A stretch of DNA of 63,804 bases, filler included, from Guillardia theta CCMP2712 (GCF_000315625.1; 6 parts of 6 records of this genome joined end to end with filler, not necessarily neighbours in it), one strand, 5' to 3'; shown: positions 46,479 to 57,093, numbered from the whole stretch's first letter. Notes: generated by a model from the letters alone, not told the origin. Numbers and translations: made by a program.

Positions 46479-48887
46479 TCATCCATGTAATAAAGAAAAA
46501 GATTCATAGCACTGCAATATAATCTTGTTGAAGAAGATGAGAGTTGAAGGATGCAGCAAGACTCTCAAACGAAATTGTTCTAAGTGTTTTTCACTCTGAG
46601 GCGGACTTGTGAGGTTGAAAGGTCATCGAACCCCCCTTCGCCCCCGGGGGTGGTCCAATTATGTGGTGAACAATAAAAATGACAGAAAACCTTCAGAGTT
46701 TAAAGAAAGTATATAGTGTGCCGGCCAAAGTCTTGGAAAGCTAAATAGAAGCCTTCTGTGTGACCAACGTCAGAGTCAGGCTTCAAGTTCACGAAGTTCC
46801 GAACTCGGAAGTTCCGGGCCACCCGGTGACCCGCTGAGCCTGGTATCTATGAAAGAGATCGGAGACGGTACTCGTCGCAACCGTCAATTCGGGCAGGCTA
46901 CCTTCCCGGCGCCGCGGGGCCCGGGGTCTCGGATCGGGCCGCCGGCCCGGCGGGCCGGGGCTCGAGTATTCAATCATGGCACTGCACTCAGTGCGGCATC
47001 ATGGGGGCTGCCAGGCTGAGTGTGACACCATGACACTGTGACAGTCAGCCGGGCACGCAGCCGCGGGGTGCGGGCCACCCCCGGTTGATCGGACCATTGA
47101 CTGTCGGAACAGTTCGGAACCCGTGATCGGACCGTACTATACTGGGCCCGAGTCACTCCAGCTGAGCCCGGCTGGCCCTGAGCCTGCCGCCGCAAGCGCC
47201 GCCGTGCAGGCCGGAAGGGCCAAGCAACAAGCAGAAAGGGCCAAGCAACACTGACGGTCGCTTGGAGCAATGCCCAAGGATCGGACCCAGTCAGCCTGGG
47301 GGGAGCAACTGAAGCAGGCGAGCCGCGCGCGGATCCGAGACCATCGAGTGCCAGTGAGCAATGATGTCCGCCAGATACCAGGGGAAACTGGCCCTGGGTG
47401 TCAGGATCGGATGCAGAGTACCGTCGGTCGAGATGGCCGCGGACGGAGAAAGGGCAGCCGCCGACAAGGTCGGAGCCGGCGCTGCCGCCGGGGGTCCGCC
47501 TGGGGCAGCGGACGGAGGGAGTCAGCGGTAGCCGAGTCAGCGGTAGCCGCCCGTGACGGCGGCGACGCCGCAGCAATGCTCAAGGACCGGCGTGAAACGA
47601 CCGATGCCGGGGAGGAAGCAGGCGAGCTCGGACCAGCAGCAAGCACCCCAGTGGTGTCGAGCTCTCCGGAGGCACCCGACGTCCGACAGTGAGGGACGGA
47701 GACGCTTCGCCAGCTCCGCGCCGATCGTCGGCGCCACCGTCTGGATGTTTCCCCCATCGGAGTCGGAGACCTCCGGCGAATAAATCCTATGACTCCTCTA
47801 CTCTATAGCTGCTTGTCGGCAGTGTTCTGCTTGAGGCAGAGTTTGAGGCACTTTTTACCTTCTGCTTGTTCCTGCTTTGTTTTGCTTGAGGCACTTTTCC
47901 GGGCCGTTCACACCGGTCCTTGGGCATTGCTGCGGCGTCGCCGCCGTCACGGGCGGCTACCGCTGACTCGGCTACCGCTGACTCGGCTACCGCTGACTCG
48001 GAGGCTAGCGAGGAGGACTACCTCGTTTTTACCTTCTGCCAGTAAATCCATTGTCCTTCCTGCCAGACAGACAATGAATGTACTGGCAGAAGGTAAAAAG
48101 CCTGCCAGGAGGTTTAGCTTGTTCCTGCTTTGTTTTGCTTGAGGCACTTTTACAGGCTTCTGCCAGTAAATCCATCTTACTGCGCTGTGTGCCTGGAGGT
48201 TTAGCTTGTTCCTGCTTTGTTTTGCTTGAGGCACTTTTTACCTTCTGCCAGTAAATCCTTTGTCTCGACCGAGGAGGAGTCTTCGCCGGAGGTCTCCGAC
48301 TCCGATGGGGGAAACATCCAGCCTGAGTGGCGCCGACGACCGGCGCGGACAGTGAGCTGGCCAGGCGTCTCCGAGAAAGGGCACTGGGGCAGACGCCGAC
48401 AAGGAGCCGGCGTTGCCCGGGGGTCCGCCTGAGGGGACGTCCGAGATAAAACCCCTTAGACGCGATACACGGAGGCATCCGACTGACCACTGTCAGTCAG
48501 TCGAGCCAAACCTCCGAGGCTCCTAGCGACTGTTGTTTGGCCCTCCCTGCCAGTAAATCCACTACTCCCTGCTTGTCTGCGCGGCTTCGCGCGCACCGTG
48601 CGGCTGGCGGTGACGGGTCTGAGGACAGTTGCTGGTAAGTCCGATTTACTGGCAGAAGGTAAAAAGTGCCTCAAGCAAAACAAAGCAGGATCAAGCTAAA
48701 CCTCCTGGCACACAGCGCACACAAAACACAAGCCCGAAAAGAACCAGCGCTGCTGGCAACTGTCAGCAGACCCGGCATCGCCAGCCCAAGCGCGAAGCCG
48801 CGCAGACAAGCAGCCGAAGGGTCAAGCAATCAAGCAACAAGCAGCAGGAGCATGCAGAAGGAACACAAGCCGGGGATTTACTGGCCG

Positions 48888-51117
48888 AGGAGGCAGATTT
48901 ATTCCCCTCTCCAAGGGAGCTGATAAACCTGGTCTCCGGCCAATTGTCATCGGTTCTGCACACCGTCGACTCGCGACGAAGCTTGCTTTGGCAGCGATTC
49001 GCTCATTTCTTGACCAGCACTTCCTCTCGTCTCACCCTCGAGCGATTCAGTTCGGGCTCGATCGAGACGGCTGTCTGAAGTTCTCGCAAACCGCGTCAGC
49101 GCTCCTGCCCCTTCACGCTCGCGGTGATGATGAGGATGTTGCCAACCCCACAGTGCTGGTGAGTTTGGATGCAAACTGAGAACGCCTTCAACTCCCTCGA
49201 CCGCCAGGCTCTCTTCGATGCAATCGAGGGACGTGCGAGTCGCGACTACTTTGATGGGAGCATCACTGAAGGCGCAAGCTTGCCCTCTTGCGAGCATCTC
49301 CGTTTGTTCGCCTCCTACCTCTCCAGCTACTATGGAGACTCTGCTGACCTTCGACTCTTTCACAAAAGTCAGTCAGCCTCCGTTCAGTGTACCTCGGGCG
49401 TCTGTCAGGGCGATGTCCCCTCCAGCGTGTTTTTCTGCCACAGTATCCACCCCCTGCTCCTCCATATCGCAGAGCTTTTTCCCTCTGTTCCGAAGTTCGA
49501 GTCTTGGCCTATGCTGACAACGTCGTGCTTGTCGGTCCACTCGAGGATGCCGTTGCAGCTACGTCCGCTATGAAGAAGTACATGGTGGCCCTGCCGGTTC
49601 AGCTTGTTCCTGCTTTGTTTTGCTTGAGGCACTTTTTATCTTCTGCCAGTAAATCCTATATACCTGGTGGCTGATCTGAAGCTAGAGATTCAACCTCGCG
49701 AGTCGAAAGTTTACATCCCCTCCTGGCATCAACACCCTGATCTCTCGCAGCTGAAGAAGAGCCTTAAGCGCCGTCTCAAGACTCAACTTCTTCACTTCGA
49801 GGTCGTCACTGGCGGGATTACACTTGGCGGCCTGCCTATCGGCACGGATGGATTTCATGCTAGTCAGCTCCGAGCGAAGGTCTCTACCCTCAACGAAGAG
49901 CTCTCAAAGCTCGGGCTCGTCCAGCATGGCTTCATGTTCAAGACGCTGGTGAGGGCGAGCCAACCCCGATGATCTACCTCGATAGCATTGCAGTAATTAA
50001 CATCTCCAGAAGCTGCGCTTCTTCCTCCAGGGGTCATCTCCGTTTCTCCCGCGGGTCCAATCACAGATTCGTCGCTTTGACCTCTCTGTCCACCTGGCGC
50101 TTGAGAAATACCACCGCTGGCCTTCCTCGCAGTACCTCGCCGCGCATCCCGACCTGCTAGAGTTTGCGAGGTTCAAGCGGGAGCTTCCGCATAGTCGGGG
50201 AGGGGACGAGTTCACGCCCTCTGAGGGTCTACACCCCGCTGTTTACTATACGGCTATCGCTCGCTTCCTCGCTTGGTACTCTGACCAGCCCATGTCCCGG
50301 ACCTTGCCCTCTCCTCATAGCCTGGACGTTCACTGCTCGAGATCTCTCCGTGCCCAGAAGCATCCTCTGGCGACCTTCTTCGTTGAGGCGCACGACTTCG
50401 TTCATAATGCTGGAGCGATCCTCTACCGTCGTGTCAAGGCTCCTGCACCGGCTGCAGATGGCGCGGCGATCCCACCTGCCCCGGCTGCTGTGCCTGATGA
50501 CGCAGGACGCCCCCCGGCATCTGTGGTACACATCCCTGGTTTGCGCGCTCTCGTCGACTCGTCTCATGAGCACTTCATTCCTCCCCCTGCGCAGCGAAAT
50601 GTGACCCCTCTTGTCATGCGCGTCTTCCCTCGCCATGTGCATGCTCGCGCTGCGCTGACCGATCAGCAGCGTGATATCCTCACCTTGCACAGCCGCAGGA
50701 CACACTCGCTCAAGTCGCAGGATAGGGTCTTGCAGTCTACCATCTTCGCTCATTTTCCTGAGCGAGACCTGAGCCACTCTCCGATGCGAGTCTCGAGCTA
50801 CTACCCCCTCAAGGCCTTCCCGCACCGCTATGCTCAGATGCTCGACTGCTATCTCCATGGCATGCCGATCTGCCAGTGTCCGACGGAATGTGATGGATGT
50901 CAGCGCGAGCTCGATCCCTCCGTTGCTGCACATCATCTCCAGACCTGCAAACGCCGATCCTCCAAGCTTCCCACGGCGCATGACAGGCGGACACCCGGGC
51001 AGCGCCGGCTCCTTGTCGGCGGCTGCCCTTTCTCCGTCCGCGGCCGCCCGCTTTGTGGCGGCAGCGGACGTCTCGACTGACAGTGGTCAGTCGGCTGCCT
51101 CCGGGTATCGCGTCTAA
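48888..51117 (+). pseudogene. Disrupted non-LTR reverse transcriptase with CCHC Zn knuckle (CRE-like)
   Basis: GGRFIPLSKGADKPGLRPIVIGSAHRRLATK, AIQFG, SLDA[4-bp insertion]ENAFNSLDRQ, TSGVCQGDVPSS, LAYADNVVLVGP, LGGLPIGT and CDGC...HHLQTC...AHD. It has frameshifts and an internal insertion at 49590-49660, and no endonuclease domain follows the knuckle. Confidence 0.85.
49590..49660 (+). repeat. Retroelement 3'-end unit inserted in the RT gene with an 11-bp target-site duplication
   Basis: Flanked by tacatggtggc (49579-49589) and tacctggtggc (49661-49671). The same unit occurs at about 48111-48172, 48198-48258, 48643-48705 (-), 51300-51323, 52593-52659 and 52787-52852. Confidence 0.8.
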
Positions 51118-53879
51118 GGGATGTTATTCCTCCTGCATGCTCCTGCTGCTTGTTGCTTGATTGCTTGACCCTTAGGCTGCTTGTCGGCGCGGCTTCGCGC
51201 TTGGGCTGGCGATGCCGCGTCTGGGTGCCAGCAGTGCTGGTTCTTTTCGGGCTTGTGTTTTGTGTGTGTTTGTGCAGCTTCTCGCTGTGGACTGTGTACC
51301 TGCCGGTTCAGCTTGTTCCTGCTNNNNNNNNNNNNNNNNNNNNNNNNNNNNNNNNNNNNNNNNNNNNNNNNNNNNNNNNNNNNNNNNNNNNNNNNNNNNN
51401 NNNNNNNNNNNNNNNNNNNNNNNNNNNNNNNNNNNNNNNNNNNNNNNNNNNNNNNNNNNNNNNNNNNNNNNNNNNNNNNNNNNNNNNNNNNNNNNNNNNN
51501 NNNNNNNNNNNNNNNNNNNNNNNNNNNNNNNNNNNNNNNNNNNNNNNNNNNNNNNNNNNNNNNNNNNNNNNNNNNNNNNNNNNNNNNNNNNNNNNNNNNN
51601 NNNNNNNNNNNNNNNNNNNNNNNNNNNNNNNNNNNNNNNNNNNNNNNNNNNNNNNNNNNNNNNNNNNNNNNNNNNNNNNNNNNNNNNNNNNNNNNNNNNN
51701 NNNNNNNNNNNNNNNNNNNNNNNNNNNNNNNNNNNNNNNNNNNNNNNNNNNNNNNNNNNNNNNNNNNNNNNNNNNNNNNNNNNNNNNNNNNNNNNNNNNN
51801 NNNNNNNNNNNNNNNNNNNNNNNNNNNNNNNNNNNNNNNNNNNNNNNNNNNNNNNNNNNNNNNNNNNNNNNNNNNNNNNNNNNNNNNNNNNNNNNNNNNN
51901 NNNNNNNNNNNNNNNNNNNNNNNNNNNNNNNNNNNNNNNNNNNNNNNNNNNNNNNNNNNNNNNNNNNNNNNNNNNNNNNNNNNNNNNNNNNNNNNNNNNN
52001 NNNNNNNNNNNNNNNNNNNNNNNNNNNNNNNNNNNNNNNNNNNNNNNNNNNNNNNNNNNNNNNNNNNNNNNNNNNNNNNNNNNNNNNNNNNNNNNNNNNN
52101 NNNNNNNNNNNNNNNNNNNNNNNNNNNNNNNNNNNNNNNNNNNNNNNNNNNNNNNNNNNNNNNNNNNNNNNNNNNNNNNNNNNNNNNNNNNNNNNNNNNN
52201 NNNNNNNNNNNNNNNNNNNNNNNNNNNNNNNNNNNNNNNNNNNNNNNNNNNNNNNNNNNNNNNNNNNNNNNAATTTAGTGGGGACAAGGGGACAGAACCG
52301 TCTAGTATACAAAGGCTGGCTTCTAGTCTGTACCGCGCCCGTTCGCTGTCTACGGCTGGAACCTTCTCGATCAGACAGGGAAACCATTGGCCGAATAAGG
52401 GCTGCACTCGTTAGGACCATATTCCTCCATCATCATCCAACTCGGGTCGCCGTGCTGACAAACAGCCTAAGGGTCAAGCAATCAAGCAACAAGCAGCAGG
52501 AGCATGCAGGAGGAATAAAATCCCTCAGTGCTGGTTCTTTTCGGGCTTGTGTTTTGTGTGTGATTGTGCCGCTTCTCGCTGTGGACTGTGTGCCTGCCGG
52601 TTCAGCTTGTTCCTGCTTTGTTTTGCTTGAGGCACTTTTTACCCTCTGCCAGTAAATCCTATAAACTGGAAGTGCTGGTCAAGAAATGAGCGAATCGCTG
52701 CCAAAGCAAGCTTCGTCGCGAGTCGACGGTGTGCAGAACCGATGACAATTGGCCGGAGACCAGGTTTATCGCTGTGGACTGTGTACCTGCCGGTTCAGCT
52801 TGTTCCTGCTTTGTTTTGCTTGAGGCACTTTTTATCTTCTGCCAGTAAATCCTATATCAGCTCCCTTGGAGAGGGGAATAAATCTGCCTCCTCGACGAAT
52901 GGCTGACAGGGCAGGAATAAGAAGATCCGGCATCCGCTCTTGTCTGGTGCGAGGCGCATGACGCCCTTGCGGGCGCAAGCACTTCTCGAGCCAGAGGACA
53001 GCTCCTCCTCGGACTTTGTCGAGTCGCCCGAGGGGGAGTCTTCGCCGGAGGTCTCCGACTCCGATGGGGGAAACACGTCGAGTGGCGCCGACGATCGGCG
53101 CGGAGCTGGCGAGGCGTCTCCGTCCCTCACTGTGACGTCGGGTGCCTCCGGAGAGCTCGACACCACTGGGGTGCTTGCTGCTGGTCCGAGCTCGCCTGCT
53201 TCCTCCCCGGCATCGGTCGGGTCACGCCGGTCCTTGGGCATTGCTGCGGCGTCGCCGCCGTCACGGGCGGCTACCGCTGACTCGGCTACCGCTGACTCGG
53301 AGGCTAGCGAGGAGGACTACCTCGAGCGGTACCGTGTTCCTGTGTCCAGCCTCCCTCCGTCCGCTGCCCCTGGCGGACCCCCGGGCAGCGCCGGCTCCTT
53401 GTCGGCGGCTGCCCTTTCTCCGTCCGCGGCCGCCCGCTTTGTGGCGGCAGCGGACGTCTCGACTGACAGTGGTCAGTCGGCTGCCTCCGGGTATCGCGTC
53501 TAAGGGATGTTATTCTATCAGAAAAGGANNNNNNNNNNNNNNNNNNNNNNNNNNNNNNNNNNNNNNNNNNNNTTAATTAATTAANNNNNNNNNNNNNNNN
53601 NNNNNNNNNNNNNNNNNNNNNNNNNNNNCTAAGATTGTGATGTTGATGAGATAAGAAACTAAGAGATCTATAGAGAGAAGTATTGTGAGAATGAAGATTC
53701 TGACCACAGGACTGCAGGTGTCCAGTGCTTCCCCTATCATCAGCGAACGAGAAGGAGCGAAGAGAGCAGAGCAGAGCAGAGCAGAGCAGACAAGGGGTGC
53801 AGAGGTCGAGTCATAGCGAATGCCGTGGAAAGCGCAAGGGCTGCACGAAGGATGAAACTCACAGACCCTCGGCGACGCC

Positions 53880-55973
53880 ATGAAAGGGATTTCAGAGATG
53901 CTGCAGGCGGTGCTTCAGGCTCTTGGTAGAGCCGCGGGCCTCATGCCGAGCAGCAAGGCGAGAGATGCTCAACTGACTCGCCGACCCTCGTGGGCTGAGA
54001 GCAGCAGCTTCAAGGACATCCACGAGAGCGTCAAGAAGGTCTCGCCAGACAAGAGCCTCGCCATCGCCACCAAGCACCTCCCGCTAGGAAGCGTCTTTCG
54101 CTGCTCCAACACCATCGCTGCCGCCCTCTCCTTCACCATCTTCCAGCTGTTCTACACCTCTGTTGGGGTTCTTGGCCTCTACGGCCTCGCCAAGGAGAAG
54201 GTGTGGTATGGCATGAGCGGGAGAGCTCTGTCATCCTCCAAGTTCAGCTTCACCATCCTCGAGACGAGATCTGCTCAGATCCGGCACTGGTCTGACCTGC
54301 CGGCTTGGGGAGTCAGCAAAGAAGGGCACTTGCTCTCCCACAACCACTCGCAGGCTGTGAAGCTGCGGGAGGACGGGGCGGTCACCCTGGAGCTTTCGCT
54401 GGAGGATCCGATCGATTTCGATGGCTGGTTCTTCAACACGTCTGCGTCGCGTCCTCCCGAGTACGACCCCGTCAAGTTCAAGGTCACTTGCTCGCTGCCG
54501 CCTGCTCCCCCCCACTTTGCCCTCTGACCCTCTCGCGCAGTTCCACTACTGGACGGGCGACCGCTGGCAGGCTGCTGGGTCATCCTCGGACATCGACTAT
54601 GCAGGTGGAGGAGGAGGAGGAGGAGGAGTTTGGTACCTCCGCCGCATTCTCACGCATCTGCTCCCTCAGGCTCAGTCATCTACCTGGACGGCTACTTCCC
54701 CACCAGCAGTGCCCGCGGGTCTTGTCACACCTTCTCGATCTACAAGCCAATCCCAGTGCGAACTGTGGACTTTCTCTCCCGGCTCACCTCCTACTCGCTC
54801 ATCGCGACCGCTGGCTTTCTCGCCGTCTTCAAGAGGAACTTTCTAGCGCAGCACATCAGCCTCCTGGTTCACCCCTCCATGGTCGTCCTCTTCTCCTTCG
54901 AGGCCCTCTCCACCTCCCCGCTGGACGTCAGCTGGTCGACGCTGCGAGCCTTCGTGCTGGTGGTTCTCCACTCGATCCACTCCATCATCATGCTGCAGAA
55001 CGAGATGTCCAACAACTTCATCTGGCGCGGGTGCTACCTCCTCCTCTTCGGCCTCTGCACGGCTGGACGAGACTTCTTCGGCCCCAAGGACTGCTCTTCC
55101 GAGTGCATCCGCAGCGGCAGCATCTTTTTCTTCCTGGGCACCTTATTCAAGATCCTCGGGTGGCACTCCAAGTTATCGGCCATCAACTCAGTGAAGGAGG
55201 ACGCGAGGAAGTACAACCTCATGTGGGAGGAGCTGATGCTTCGCCCGTCCACCCTCATGCTCGTTCGCAAGCTCGAGCACACCTGCGAGATGCTCGAGAG
55301 CGTCGCGCAGGTCAACCGCGTCGCCGACCTGCCGAGGAGCGCGGTGGTGTCAGCTCTCTTCCAGCACATCCAAAGGCGGTGCAGGCAGCGAGACGCGCAC
55401 GGACAGCTGGTGAGGGAGCTGGAGACGCTCTACATGCAGGCCCAGCAGCTCCAAGTTGTTCTCCGCTCCAAGGTGCTGCAGTGGGCGGCCATCTCCGACG
55501 GGTACCTGAGGGCAGTGAAGGGACAGGGGGGAGGGGGGGGGCTGGTGTCGGTGCGGGAGGACCTGGACAAGAAGAGCATCGGCTGGGCGAAGCTGAAACG
55601 AGTGGATCGGGCGGTAGAGAAGATCATGAGATGCTACGGGGGCGATGTGTCAATGATCGTCGATATTTGCCGTCAGGACATCGTCTTCGACGACGTCCAG
55701 CAGATCATCACCTGCCTCCGCGCCATCACCAACGACAGGGACGTGCACATGCTGGGGGTCAAGAACTCGCTCTCGACCAAGTTTGACTCGAGCAGGAGCG
55801 CGGGGTACCGGCACGTGGCCCTCTACTTCAACATCAGCAACAAGGAGACCATCGCAAGCCGTTGCTCGCGGCACGTGTGCGAGCTGCAGCTGGTGCTGTC
55901 AAAGTTCTACAACCTGAAGAGCAGCGAGGGGCACCGGCGGTACATCTGCTTCCGCAACCTGATGGGGGAGTGA
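53880..55973 (+). CDS. Multi-pass membrane protein with a C-terminal RelA/SpoT-like nucleotidyltransferase domain
   Basis: N-terminal TM helix, a soluble domain (FDGWFFNT...YDPVKF...W), then 4-5 hydrophobic helices. These are followed by KLKRVDRAVEK, DICRQDIV, GYRHVAL, CELQL and GHRRY. Predicted introns 54483-54540 and 54605-54669. Confidence 0.75.
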
Positions 55974-56128
55974 GGGACAGGGACAGGGGGGGGGGAGGTG
56001 GGGGGAGAGGGAGCGAGAGTCGTGGTGGGTGTGGGTTCAGAACAGCTTCATTGGTTAGCAGTTTGGCTTCAATGGCTATGAATTTATCGAGCTCGTAGAG
56101 ATACACATGCATGTTTGAGTTGGATCAC

Positions 56129-57093
56129 TTAAACGAACTCCTTTGACACACTCACGGTGTCGCCAAGAATGTCGTGCGCGCTCATGATCATGAAGGAAAC
56201 CACAACCTTGGAGACGACGTCGATGATGCAGTAGGCGCAAACCTGTCAAGATGGTGAGACGAGGGCAGGAGGGAAGGGGGAGGGAGGAACGGATGGAGGT
56301 GAGGAGGAATTTCACCTCAAAAGAGACGGAGAAGGAGGCAAATCCTTCGGAGAAGAGCCAGACGATGGGGTAGCAGAACCAGGTGAGGATGATGAGCCAG
56401 GCAGCCTTGCCGTAGAGCTCAGCGATCTCAGCGCCACGCTGGTTGGAGGCTTCCTTGAAGCTTCTGGCAAGGTTGACGATGACGCCAGCAAGGCCGATCA
56501 AGCTGACCAAGAACCAGAACCACTTGACGGTGGTGACAACTGAAACAGCTCCCATGTACGAGCACAGAACCCACACGACTGTCAGGGTGTCAGTCAACCT
56601 CCAGGCCCCTCTCAAGGACTGACTGTCAGCTCCGACGGTGTTGGCGATGGTAGCTGCGTCAGCGCCCGCGACGAGACCCAAGAGGAGGATGACGAGAGGG
56701 GTGGTGACGATGTAGTCCGCGTACCTGCACCATGTCACATTCCCGTCCTGTCTCCCTTGCCCAGCGCCTACCTGGCATAGAAGAACTGGCGGCATCCAGC
56801 AACAGCAGTCCATCCCTGGCCAGAGAGCATGGCAAAGTATGCCATGGCCGCGAAGCCGCAGATGTAGGTGGTGCACGTGTAATACCTGACGATATGAATG
56901 AGGATGGAGAGACAGCAAGCAAGCGACTGTCGCACTTCCTCTGCTCTCCGCTGACGTTGGCCTTGGAGAGGAAGACAATGGTGCTAACAATGAGGATAAC
57001 AAACCCTACGGTGAGCGCTCCGACTCCGGTAGATCCCACCTCCTCGATAGTCGTGCACGCAATGGGCGTGTCATCAGCGAGAATCTGGAACAT
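56129..57093 (-). CDS. Microbial (type-1) rhodopsin, cryptophyte GtR-like, DTL motif; 5 coding exons
   Basis: The spliced 7-TM protein reads ...AMAYFAMLSGQGW..GCRQFFYARYADYIVTTPLVILLLGL...VKWFWF...TWFCYPIVWLFSEG...IIDVVSKVV. The retinal lysine lies in DxxxK. Confidence 0.92.

Larger units (their letters stand above)
47433..53515. mobile_element. Nested, scrambled array of fragments of one CRE-like (RLE-group) non-LTR retrotransposon, in both orientations
   Basis: 47433-47780 is a diverged reverse complement of about 53042-53430. 47913-48025 matches 53227-53324. 52667-52893 is the reverse complement of about 48885-49023. Many copies of the 3' end (...ctgccagtaaatcc) are present. Confidence 0.8.

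Noticed and set aside
43985-46735. gccggcaaagt (~43990) and gccggccaaagt (~46720) as Crypton terminal direct repeats
   Set aside because: Short and imperfect, and ccgg words are common in this genome. They cannot be supported without other copies.
48111-48258. Repeat-spacer pattern resembling a CRISPR array
   Set aside because: Spacing is irregular, both orientations occur, 5' ends vary and there are no cas genes. The repeat is the 3' UTR end of the retroelement.
48643-48705. GATTTACTGGCAGAAG|GTAAAAAG as a spliced-leader RNA gene (CRE elements target SL genes in trypanosomes)
   Set aside because: No Sm-binding site follows, several copies have AT instead of GT, and the unit is contiguous with the element's 3' UTR on the opposite strand.
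44313-51117. Tyrosine recombinase plus RT as a single DIRS/Ngaro retroelement
   Set aside because: The RT is non-LTR/CRE-type with no RNase H, the recombinase is Crypton-type with introns, and they differ in base composition and are separated by an intergenic core. They are two independent elements.
51150-52655. 365-501 aa ORFs in the ORF track
   Set aside because: They consist mostly of X residues across an N gap.
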